From contig CM075989.1 of the NCBI GenBank assembly GCA_038087875.1, positions 1,302,001 through 1,366,000 on the forward strand: a stretch of DNA of 64,000 nucleotides, read 5' to 3'. The position numbers and the translations under genes were made by a program. The stretch comes from Malacoraja senta. Its lineage: Eukaryota. Position 1 is the first letter of the stretch; every line of letters starts with the position of its first letter. The notes below the pieces were generated by a model. It worked only from the letters and a program-made list of their open reading frames with translations, did not search any database and was not told the origin of the DNA. Shown piece by piece: positions 29,098-40,600 of this stretch.

Positions 29098-29996
29098 TTT
29101 GAGTTTGAGTTTAGTTTATTGTCACGTGAACTGAGGTACAGTGAAAAGCTTTTGTTGCGTACTAACCAGTCAGCGGAAAGACAATACGTGATTACAATCG
29201 AGCGATCCTCTATGTACAGATACATGATAAAGAGAATAACATGAATAATGTTTCAGGCAAGATAAAGTCTGGTAATAGATAGTCTGAGGATCTCCATTAA
29301 GGTAGATAGTAGGTCAGGACTGCTCTCTAGTTGTTGATAGGATGGTTCAGTAGCCTGATAGCAGCTGGGAAGGAACTGCCCCATAATCTGAAGGTGTGCG
29401 TTTTCACACTTCCATTCCTCTTGCCTGATCGGAGAAGGAGTGACCGAGGTACGACTTGTCCTTGAGTATTCCAGTGGTCTTGCAGAGACAGCGTGAGGTA
29501 TATTTGAAGTCAATGGAAGGGGGTTGGTTTATGTCATAGTCTGGGCTGCATTCACAACTGCGGTCTTGGATGGAGCTCAAACCAAGCTGTGATGCATCCT
29601 GGTAAATTGCTTTCTATGGTGCATCTATAGACATTGGTGAGAGTTGTTGGTGACATGTCAAACTAACAAAGCCTTCTAAGGAAATAGAGGGGTTGGTGTG
29701 CCTTCTTGACCATTGTTTCAGCATGGGTGGTCCCAGGACAATTTGTTGGTGAAATTGACCTCCCAGGAATTTGAGGTTTTCAACCATCCCTACTTTGGCA
29801 CCATCAATGCAAACTGAGGTATGTGTACCACTTTGCTTCCTGAAGTCGATCACTATCTCCTTTGTCTTGCTGACATTGAGAGAAAGGTTGTTGTCTCGAT
29901 GCCAAGTCATGAGGTTCTCAATCTCCTTCCTGTACTCCGTCTCATTATTTACAGACGACACCACCATTGTGGGCCAGATATCAAATAATGATGAGA
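29098..29996 (-). mobile_element. Rex/L2-like LINE 3' fragment with an inverted 5' piece
   Basis: Minus strand NNETEYRKEIENL...NLSLNVSKTKEIVIDFRK. Plus strand FTDDTTIVGQISNNDE at 29948-29996. Confidence 0.75.
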
Positions 29997-30034
29997 GATC
30001 GACTTCAGGAACATCTCTGGAGAGAAGGAATGGG

Positions 30035-30102
30035 TGACGTTTCGGGTCGAGACCCTTCTTCAGACTGAAAGACGTTTCAGGTCAAGTCCCTTCTTCAGAC
30101 TG
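30035..30102 (-). ncRNA. Two tandem minimal hammerhead-ribozyme-like motifs (Penelope type)
   Basis: Minus strand CTGAAGA-agggtctcgaccc-GAAAC-GTC and CTGAAGA-agggacttgacct-GAAAC-GTC. Helix I is weak. Confidence 0.55.
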
Positions 30103-32636
30103 AAAGTGTGAAAGACTCGTGTATCCACTGGATACATTACTCCGATTCTAGCCAAACCAATGTATTCCTGTTTTATTTCCGCTGTTGTAAGTGTTTATAC
30201 AACAGCTAGCTCTGTATTAATCATGGTGTGCAATGAATATTATGAAAGGATATTATAAAGGAGGCCTTTATTCATATTATATTGGGGAACGTTACTGCAC
30301 ACATCGTAAATTGCATGTGTGAGGAAAGAAAGGCTTAATTGGAATTTGCATAATTGCCCAAAGTTCATTGTGGAGCCCCTGCTATCTCTGCACTGAGCCT
30401 GTGAGTGGGTTTGCCTCTTGGGGTGACACTAGGGTTCAGGACACTGTCACTACATATTGTGGGTGCTTTGAAGATGCATTCACTCTCGGTTTCACCTATG
30501 GCACTGCGCCACATGGGAAGAACTCCATTAAAACCCTTTTATTAAATTTTTAAAACCCTCTAATTATCAATTTTCATTTTTTTTTGAAGAGTAGAAATAA
30601 TTTAATTAGAAAGTCAGATTTCTCAAAGCGAGAATTATATTAACCATTTTGTCTGGGGAACTTTGCTACTTGCTTCACATATTTGTAAACAGAAAGCAAT
30701 CTGCACAAAGATACAAATCTTTTTCTGACAACTGGATTCAAAAGAGTTATGAATATAGATTTTACACAAATTAAGAAATATTCTGAACATTCAGCTGGTG
30801 GTAAGTGCAGAAGCTAGAAGCTCTCTGCATACAGTTACTGCTGTGATCCCAAACTAGGGCCATCATTGAGAGGGAGCCTCCGCTGAAACCTGTGTGAATG
30901 TGGCTTCCATTGGGGAGAACACGGACATGATGAAAAATATCAACAGTCTGCAAACCTCTCGCATTTAACATTGGGACAGAGGCTGGCGTTCCATTGTGGC
31001 TGCATCTCCACATGGAATAGACCAGGTAGTACCGGCCACATTGAGCCCCAGATCAGGACTGAGCCCCAGATCACATTGAGCCCCAGATCAGGACTGGTAC
31101 ATATACAACCCCACGAGTGAGTGGGACCCGGCTCAGTACCTCCATTCTGCAGTTCATTAGTTGTATGTGTTTTCCCCAATCCCTCCATTGTTTAACCATT
31201 CTTCATAGAAGGGTCTTGACCCAAAACGTCACCCATTCCTTCTCCTGCAGAGATGTTGCCTGTCCCGCTGAGTTACTCCAGCTTTTTGTGTCTATCTTCG
31301 GTTTAATCCAGCATCTGCAGTTCCCTCTTACACAATCCTCATACAGCAAGTCTACTCCGCCATTCAATCTTGGCTGATCTATCACTCCCTCCTATCCCCA
31401 TTGTCCTGCCTTCACCCCATAATCCTGACACCCGTCTCTGCCTGGAATCTGCATGGATTTAGCACTCTGCCTTATATTCATTACCTCATACATTTGATAC
31501 TGGAGACTAGGATAGTTACTAATTGGTAAATCTCATGGATCTATTAGGGGGAAAGCATGCCCCTTATTTTCATCCATACATTCTCTGAAGGCATTCACTG
31601 GGCTTGGAGGAATTAGTAATATTGTTGGCCATTTCTCTGATACTGATAAGTGTATCACACCATGATAGACCATAGACCTAGTGTATAGACCATCACAAAG
31701 TACAGGATAGGAACAGGCCTTTTGGCCCACAATGTTTATGCTGAATATGATGCCAAGCTAAGCTATTTTCATCTGCCTGCAATTGTTTCACATTCTTCCA
31801 TTCCTGCATATCTCTATGCCCATCTAAAAGCCTCTCAAACACCACTATCATATTTGGCTCAAAGTGCTAATGACCAGGAAGTGAATGCCGGTTGGAATTC
31901 TTCTTGGGAACACAGCATGCAGTCAGCATGACGTCCTGTCCAACTGAAGATTGTAAAGTACATCTATTTGAGGAAGGATTTGGAGGCTTTGGAAAGGGTG
32001 CAGAAGGTTATCTTGGACAGACTTGGATTGTTTTCTCAAGAACACCAGAGGCTGAGAAGAGACCTGATAGGTATGTAAAATTGTGAGAGGCATAGATAAG
32101 GGTAGACAGTCAATGGCAAGGGGGGCCAGGCTGCAAGGTGGGAGAGGGAAGTTTAAAGGATTTGTGCGGACAATGTTTTACATTGAGTGTGGTGGGTGTT
32201 TGTAACTCGACCAAAGGTGGTGGTGGAAGCAGATAAGACAGTGGCATTTAAGAGGGTTTTAGATTGGTGTGTGAAAATAGAGGGAATGGAGGGATATGGA
32301 TCACATGCAGGTAGAGGGAACTAGTTTAAGGAGGCATGGACATCATCAGTTGAAGCATGGGCGGAAATCCCGGGGGGTGGGGGGGACGCGTCCCTCCCAT
32401 GTTTGAGAGGTAGGGGACAATCCCCCCCATATTTTGTAATCCGGATTTTTGAAGTTCGGTGAAAAAAAATCTATTAAAATCTCCGCTTTCCACGAGACAT
32501 TGGGGGTGTCACTGTTAAGCGCTTGTTAAATGTCTCTATTAACATCGTATTAACACGATGTGTCACCAATTGTGTTTTGACCTTCAAGTACTACTGAAGG
32601 TATTCACGGAAAATTTCTTAAAGCTGTCTGATGCGG

Positions 32637-34335
32637 TTCTTCTTCTTCGAGTCCGATGCAATCTCAGATGTCGTTCTGCCAGTATCTGGTGCAGGTCACA
32701 GCTGGTCGAGTCGGTTCAGCCAGGTCCTGGGGGCTGCACTGGGGGGCGTCGTCACACTCCAGTAGGTGGGACATTGTCTGTACTGCTCCACAGCTGCATG
32801 TGTCTTCTGCCTGGTAGTTCCATGCTTTCATAAGTGTTTTACACCTCCCCTGCTCCACTCGTAATCTGTTGAGGGTCTTCCAGGTTGGCCATGGGAGGTC
32901 GTGCCCGCTGGCGAGGCATTCAGTCGGAGTGATTCCAGTCGTGGGCTCGTGTGTTGAGCTGGTTCCATTCATCTTTCCAGATGTTGGTCCTTGCTGTATC
33001 TTTGGTTGTCTGGAGAGGTGGGACTGTCTGCAGGAAACTGGCTCTGGATCTCAGTCGGGGTGGAGGTGCTTGTGTGTCCGTGCAGGGGGTGCCTGGTATC
33101 GATCTCCTGTGCTCTCCGCTCGTCTTGGGCGACGATGGATCATCTGATATGGGGGGGGGGCAATACCAGCTAGGGCGTAGAGGCACGGGACTGGCGTTGT
33201 CTTTATGCATCCCGTGATAATGCGGCAGGTGTCATTGAGGGCTGTGTCAACCAGTTTGGTGTGGTGGGAGCGGCTCCAGCTTGAGCACGCGTATTCAGCT
33301 GTGGAGAAGCACAGGGCTAGGGCAGTTGCACGGATGGCTGGTGGATCAGCGCCCCCACTTTGAGTTTACCAGTTTGCGCAGGATGTTGTTGCGAGTGTTT
33401 ACCTTGGCTTTGGTGTTCTGAAGGTGGGTTTTGAAAGAGTGTCCTGTCGAGTGTGACTCCGAGGTACACGGGGTGGAAGTGGTTGGAGAGTTTGTGGCCA
33501 TCCCATGAGACGCTCAGTTGTTTTCCTGCATCTCGATTTTTTAGATGGAAGCTGCATAGTTGGGTTTTTGTTGGGGTTGGGTTTCAGGTGGTTGTTATTG
33601 TAGTAGGTTGTCATCTCTTGGAGGGTGCTTTCCAGGACAGGCTCGATCTTCTGGAAGTTCTCCTGTTGGGTGGTGATGCAGAGGTCATCAGCATAGATGA
33701 AGCGGCGGCATTGTGGGGGAAGTGGTTGGTCATTGGTGTAGATGTTGAAGAGGAGGGGGGCCAGTACGCTGCCTTGTGGTAGGCCATTCTTTTGGGCTTC
33801 CCATTTGCTCTTCTTGTCGTTTAGTTGGACGAAGAAGCGCCTGTTGTTTAAAAGTCTTTTGATGACTTGGCACAGGTCGAGGTCACCAGTCATGTCAAAA
33901 GGTTTCCTGCATGGTGCGGTGCTGGACAGTGTTGTAAGCAGCGGTGAGGTCTATGAAAGCTGCTCCGGTGATGAGTTTGCACTCGAAACCATCCTCGATG
34001 TGTTGGGTGAGGTTCAGTAGCTGCCCGGCACAGGAGCGGCCAGGGCGGAAACCAGCTTGATCTTTAGTAAGCTTGGAGTCTATAAATGGCATAAGGCGTT
34101 GCAGTAGTAGCCTCTCGTAGAGCTTGTAGGTGATGCAGAGGAGGGAAATGGGTCTGTAGCTCTTTGGGGATGATGGGTCCTTTCCAGGTTTTGGAATTGC
34201 GACAGTCTTGGCCTTTCTCCATACAGGTGGGGTTGTTTTCTGTGCCATGCATGAGTTCAGCATTGCTAGGAGCCAGATCTTTGCTTCAGGTCCAAGGTGC
34301 TGTATCATTTCCGTCAGTACATTTCCGTTTGTACA
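32637..34335 (-). mobile_element. Vingi/Ingi-like LINE, 5'-truncated, with a 10-bp TSD
   Basis: PKPGKDPSSPKSYRPISLL, GLPQGSVLAP, IYADD. C-terminal W.TLNRLR...CSCG...H...C. (GAA)n tail. tctgatgcgg at 32627-32636 and 34336-34345. Confidence 0.8.
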
Positions 34336-34518
34336 TCTGATGCGGGTACAATTACCATTTGAATTAATTGGATGTATTGGTGGATGGGAAAGATTTAAAC
34401 GGGTATCGGATTTAAACGGGTCAGGTCATTAAGGGCTCCGGTCGAACGGGTTTCCTGGCTGGCTTGCAGGTAAGTCCCACATTCACGGTCACTCACGTTA
34501 TTTAGTATGTTTTTTTTT

Positions 34519-34519
<1 letters not shown>

Positions 34520-34616
<97 letters not shown>

Positions 34617-34787
34617 CCTCTCCCCCTCTCCCCCTCTCCCCCTCTCCCCCTCTCCCCCTCTCCCCCTCTCCCCTCTCCCCCTCTCCGCCTCTCCGCCTCT
34701 CAGCCTCTCCCCCTCTCCCTCTCCCTCTCCCTCTCCCTCTCCCCTCCCCCTCTCTCCCTCTCTCCCTCTCTCTCTCTCCTCCCCCTC
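34520..34787. repeat. (CT)n / CCCCTCT polypyrimidine tract
   Basis: Direct inspection. Confidence 0.95.
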
Positions 34788-35390
34788 CAAGGTTGGTTCT
34801 TCTGTTTGCCTTTATTTGTTTCAGTTTTATTTGTTTAAGTGTTATTTATCAGATTGTAGCTTTTAAAAGATTCAAGGGTTGAATCGGCCCGTACTCAGGG
34901 CCTTTCATCGCCCGGCGCAGCTTAAAATCAATCTGCTGCATCGAGGCTCCCGATGTTGAAGCCCCCGCCGGCTGATTTTAAGCCGCGCCAGGTGATGAAA
35001 AGCCCTGCGAACGGGCCGATTCAAGCACCACGATTCAGGGTGGACAAAGCTGCTGTTGCTGGAGTTCGGAGTGGTCACCAACCAGGTCAGCTCCCGATGT
35101 TACCGTCCACAGGGCCCATGGCCGAAGCCTCGCGTGCGTGCGTGTGGCCACCAAGAAATTGTGCCCCCCAAATTGTGTCCCCCCATGTTTTGTTAGTGAT
35201 TTCCGCCCCTTCTGAAGGGCCTGTTCCTTTGCTCCTGTTATATGTTCCATGCTCCATTTTAGAATACTGGCTGCCTCTGAACAATTTTGATATTGTTGGA
35301 CAATTATCTTTTTGGTAGTCTTTCTCTATTTCATGGGATTGAATGGCTTTACAAACTTTGATGCTTCTTTCATTGGTTTATGTTTTTTAG

Positions 35391-35520
35391 CTGCCGCTGT
35401 TCTTTGAGCGGAGAAGATCTGAACAGACAGTGGTCGGAGCCAAGTCCTGACCTCCAGCCAACTATTTATCACACAAAGGGACTCCTGAGCTACATGAAGA
35501 GCATTGGAAAAACCCCGCTG
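35391..35520 (+). CDS. AGBL1: Internal coding exon of cytosolic carboxypeptidase (CCP4-like), 130 bp, phase 2 to 0
   Basis: tttttag| acceptor and |gtgagt donor. Translates [43 protein letters not shown], the [13 protein letters not shown] motif of CCP1/CCP4. LQPTIY and SIG.TP favour AGBL1 over AGTPBP1 (from recall of the family). Confidence 0.88.
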
Positions 35521-35909
35521 GTGAGTGTCAGAGTCTCGGGGGGAGAGTCTGAGAATCCAAAAGGTTGAGAAGCTCAGAATTCACTGAACTAACGTGTTCC
35601 ATCTATATCTGTGAAACACAAAGTTCAAATCATTGAGTCACACAGCATAGAAAATACAACGTTATCTATGTTTGGAATTATAGGAGACGACTATCTCGGT
35701 TCAATTGACTTTGAACTTGATTTGCTGCACTGTCCCATTACAGCAGTACAGTAAACCTTTGTTTTTATCGACCTCTTTATAATGGATTTTGGTTACAGCG
35801 GATGGACCTACTGACCTTGTACTGACCATTGCCAGGCTGGGCAGCCAACCCCTCCCCGGCCCGAGCTGCCTACAGGGCCACCTGACGGGGTACCGACCCT
35901 GGCTGCTGC

Positions 35910-36930
35910 CACCCACACTACCACTCACACCCCCACCCCCACCCCCACTCCCACCCCCACCCCCACTCCCACCCCCCACCCCACCCCACCCTCACCCCCA
36001 ACCCACCCCCCACCCCAACCCTCCTCCCCCATCCCCACCCCCACCCACACCACCACCCCCACCACCACCATCCACCCCACCCCACCCCCACCCCCCACCC
36101 CCACCCCACCCCCCACCCCCACCCCCACCCCCACCCCCACCCCCACCCCCCCCACCCCCACCCCCACCCCCACCCCCACCCCCACGCCCACCCCCACCCC
36201 CACCCCCACCCCCCAACCCCACCCCACCCCCACCCCCACCCACATCCCCACCCACATCCCCACCCCCACCCACATCCCCACTCCCATCCCCACCCAAACC
36301 ACCACGCACACCCCCACCCCCACCCCCAACCCCACCCCCACCCCACACCCACACCACCACCCCCACCCCCACCACCACTACCACTACCACCCACACCCCC
36401 AACCCACCCCCCCCACCCCAACCCCCCCACCCCCATCCCCACCACCACTACCACTACCACCCACACCCCCAACCCACCCCCCCCACCCCAACCCCCCCAC
36501 CCCCATCCCCACCACCACCCCCACACCCACCACCACTACCACTACCACCCACACCCCCACCCCACCCCCACCCCCACCCCCACCCACACCCACACCCCCA
36601 CCCCCACCCACATCCCCACTCCCATCCCCACCCAAACCACCACGCACACCCCCACCCCCACCCCCAACCCCACCCCCACCCACACCCACACCACCACCCC
36701 CACCCCCACCACCATCCCCACCCCCCACACCCACCACCACTACCACTACCACCCACACCCCCAACCCAACCCCCCCACCCCAACCCCCCCACCCCCATCC
36801 CCACCACCACTACCACTACCACCCACACCCCCACCCCATCTCCATCCTCACCCCCACCCCCACCCCCCACCCACACCTACCACCCCACCCCCACCCCCAC
36901 CATACTACCACCCCCACCCACACTACCATC
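35910..36930. repeat. About 1-kb C-rich (CCCCCA/CCA)n low-complexity tract with an internal duplication
   Basis: Direct inspection. The block catccccactcccatccccacccaaaccaccacgcac recurs at about 36272 and 36611. Confidence 0.95.
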
Positions 36931-37089
36931 TCTACCACCACTGAGCCGATCCTCGCCTCTCCCCCACCATCAACTCACCTGCTTCATTATAACGAGGGTT
37001 TACTGTATTAAACAAAAACAATCTTTCCAGTACACTGTGTGGTTATTTACATAAAACCTTGATTTTTGTTTCAATTTGGTTTGCACCAG

Positions 37090-37221
37090 GTTTTCTGTGA
37101 CTACCATGGACATTCAAGGAAGAAGAATTCCTTCATGTATGGTTGCAGTGTGAAGGAGACACTGTGGCAATCTGAGTCCAGCATTGACACAGCAACTCTG
37201 AAGGAAGACATTGGCTATCGA
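37090..37221 (+). CDS. AGBL1: Internal coding exon of cytosolic carboxypeptidase with the Zn-ligand HGH motif, 132 bp, phase 0 to 0
   Basis: caccag| acceptor and |gtgagt donor. Translates [44 protein letters not shown]. Phase is compatible with the previous exon. Confidence 0.9.
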
Positions 37222-37426
37222 GTGAGTGCCACCCAGATATATTCCTGTACAGTGAGCCTGCTGCAACTTTCCCTCTTTGTGGTCAATACTTTACCCTTCT
37301 CAAGAAATGTTCCTGTGTGTGAAGATACAGAATCATTGCTCTTCATTCTTAAACTTACACGACTATTGAGTTTAGTTTATTGCCATGTTTCACCGAGGTA
37401 CAGTGCATGCTAACCAGTCAGCGGAA

Positions 37427-37626
37427 NNNNNNNNNNNNNNNNNNNNNNNNNNNNNNNNNNNNNNNNNNNNNNNNNNNNNNNNNNNNNNNNNNNNNNNNNN
37501 NNNNNNNNNNNNNNNNNNNNNNNNNNNNNNNNNNNNNNNNNNNNNNNNNNNNNNNNNNNNNNNNNNNNNNNNNNNNNNNNNNNNNNNNNNNNNNNNNNNN
37601 NNNNNNNNNNNNNNNNNNNNNNNNNN
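37427..37626. other. Assembly gap (200 N)
   Basis: Run of exactly 200 N; the true size is unknown. Confidence 0.99.
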
Positions 37627-40600
37627 GACAGTTTGGAGGGATATGGACCAAACACAGGCAGGTGAGACTACTGTAGCTGGGACATGTTGGCCGTTGTGGG
37701 CAAGTTGTGCTAAAGTGCCTGTTTCCATGCTGTGTCACATTATGACTCTATGTCAGGTATGGTTGATTTGTAACTTTGGACTGAACATTTGTAGGGACGT
37801 GGGACTGGACAATAGTTGACAAATTTAGCAGGGATGTCCTCATGCTATTAAAAAGAAATGTTCAGCAGATAAAGGGGCATCTCTGGAAAAGGTAGAGTTT
37901 CGTTTAGAGCATGGAAATGGGCCCTTCGGTCCAACAAGTCTAGCACGACCATCCATCCGTTCACACTAGTTCTCTGTCATCCCACTTTCTCATCCACTCC
38001 CTACACACTAGCGGTAATTTATCAATCAACCAACAAAACCCGCTCGTCTTTGGGATGTGGGAGGAAACCAGAGCACCTGGAGGCAACCCACATGGTCGCA
38101 AGGAGAACGTGCAAACTTCACACTAACAACACTAACAGCACCCGAGGTGAGGATTGAACCAAGGTCTCTGGTGCTATGAGACAGCAGATCTACCAGCTGC
38201 ATCACTGTGCTGCCCTAAAGGCAGTCATAGAGTTATACAACATGGAGACAGGTCCTTCGGGCCAATTTGCCTATGCCAACCAAGATGCCTCATCTACACT
38301 AGTGCCACTAGACACAGTGGCACAGCAGTAGAGTTGCTGCTTTACAGCGGCAGAGACCTGGGTTCAATCTTATCTACGGGTGCTGTCTGTACAGGGTTTG
38401 CACCTTCTCCCTGTGACTGCTTTTCTCCAAGTGCTCCAGTTTCCTCCCACATTCCAAAGATGTGCAGGTTTGCAGGTTAATTGGCTTCTGTAAATTGTCC
38501 CTAGTGTGTAGGATAGAACTATCCTACAACGGTAGTATAGTATATGGGTGATCAATGGTCAACATGAATTCAGTGGGCCGAACAGCCCGTCTACACTCAG
38601 TTGAAAGTGTGTTAGAAACATAGACAAGGCATGCGCACAGTCACAAGGAACTGCTGCGGGGTCAGGCAGCATCTCTGGAGGACATGGATAGACGAGGTTT
38701 CAGAACGGGACAACTTCTTCAGATGTCCTTGCACTAATGTCGTTGTTTGTGAAGTAATTATTGTCATCATCCTGTGGCACAAACTATGAGGAATCTCACT
38801 CATTCTGAGGTAGAAGTCATTCTGACTTCTCTAATCTCTAGATTGGTGGAACATCAACTAGGGCGACACGGTGGCACAGCGGTAGAGTTGCTGCCTTACA
38901 GCGCCAGAGACCCGGGTTTGATCCTGACCGCCAGTCCCTCCAACACTCCAAAGATGTGCGGGTTTGTAGGTTAATTGGCATCGGTAAGTTGTAAAATTGT
39001 GCCTAGTGTGTAGGATAGTGTTAGTGTACGGGTGATCGCTGGTCGGTAAGGATCGATGGGCCGAAGGGCCTGTTTCTGCGGTATTTCTCTAAAATCTAAA
39101 GTAAATTCTAAATCACGTTTCATACGAGCAAAATGATTCTCATGCACACTTTGGCACAAACAATAGGTGCAAACAAATCCAATTTCTCAGGATAACTGCA
39201 AGGTTTTATATCTGTGATCTGCTGCCCCCTTTGTTTCTTTGTATCTTGTGCTCTGGAATAGGAATTGAATTTTAAACATAAATGTCTTGTGAAAGTTTCC
39301 ATTTTGCTGCTTTTTATTAGAAGGTGCACTGGATGAACAGTAAACACATTAACGGATCTGTAAAGGGATGCTGTTACTGGGGGAAACAATTCACTGAACT
39401 GTCAGTGCAGCAACACAACAGTAAAACAAAGTGACAGATCTTTAAAAATAAATAGAAAATGAGAAGACAGTGAGAACAGCATCGGAGCAACCATTAACCA
39501 CCCTCATTAACACTGTCAATGGTTGGCACAATTCCAAATAATCCCCTCATTCCAAATGTAGGTTCAAGAATCTGAACAAAACGTTTCACCAGGCAGGGAC
39601 AAAAATCAATCTGTATTTTCAGCCGATGCAAGAAGAAATAACAATAAGAATTGTGTAGGAAGGAACTGCTGGTTTAAGCCGAAGATTGACACAAAAAGCT
39701 GGAGTATAACTCAGCGGGAGAGGCAGCATCTCTGGAGAAAAGGAATAGGTTTCAGGACGAGACCTTTCTTCAGATCGAGAGACTGGGGAAAGGGAAACTA
39801 AAGATACAGACAGTGATGTAGAGAGATATAGAACAAATGAATGAAAGATATGCAAAAAAGTAACGATGACAAAGGAAACAGGCGATTGTTAGCTCAGGGC
39901 TAGGTGAAAACGAGTACAGACAATGAGACTCAACAAGACGACTTGAAGTTAGTGCGACTTGGGTGGGGGAGGGATGGAGAGAGAGGGGATGCAAGGGTTA
40001 CTTGAAATTAGAGAAATGACAATAGGAAATGACAGTCCTGCTCAAATGTTTACAATGCATTTTCTTAACTCAAAGTTGCACTAGGCAGATCAACCTCTGC
40101 TGTGGCAACAGTTCTGTGGCTGCACATTGTACCTTGTACCTTGTGGTCATCACTTCTGAATAGTCCACCAGGGACTATACTGGAAGTTGGACAATTTATA
40201 CTGGACAATTTTTACATTTATCAAGCCAATTAACCTACAAACCTGTACGTCTTTGGAATGTGGAGGAAACCGAAGATCTTGGAGAAAACCCACGCAGGTC
40301 ACGGGGAGAACGTACAAACTCCGTACAGACAGCACCTGTAGTCGGGATCAGACCCGGGTCTCCGGCGCTGCATTTTTGGTGTAATGCAGCAATTCTACCG
40401 CTGCGTCACCGTGACTGTAAATCCGTGCTTACTAATGACATGGTTTTCACTGTACACGTGACAATAACTAAACTAGACTAAAAGGTGATGGATGCACTTC
40501 ATACCTGGCCCCTCCACCTATTGCCAACCTTGCCTGGTGTACCAGCATTGTACCTGGATGGGCTGCTGACCTAGTAAAGGGTCAATTCTGGTCATATTTT

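Larger units (their letters stand above)
32356..35211. mobile_element. hAT-like non-autonomous DNA transposon hosting a Vingi-like LINE and a (CT)n tract
   Basis: TIRs catgggcggaaatc / gatttccgcccctt. Flanks ttgaag / ctgaag. Subterminal sequence shared with 46423-47030 and 1-88. Confidence 0.7.

Noticed and set aside
35789..37054. 421-aa proline-rich ORF and its Gly/Trp/Val-rich antisense ORFs
   Set aside because: Translation of a C-rich low-complexity tract inside an intron bounded by real exons.
37380..37819. ORFs containing X runs
   Set aside because: They read through the N gap.
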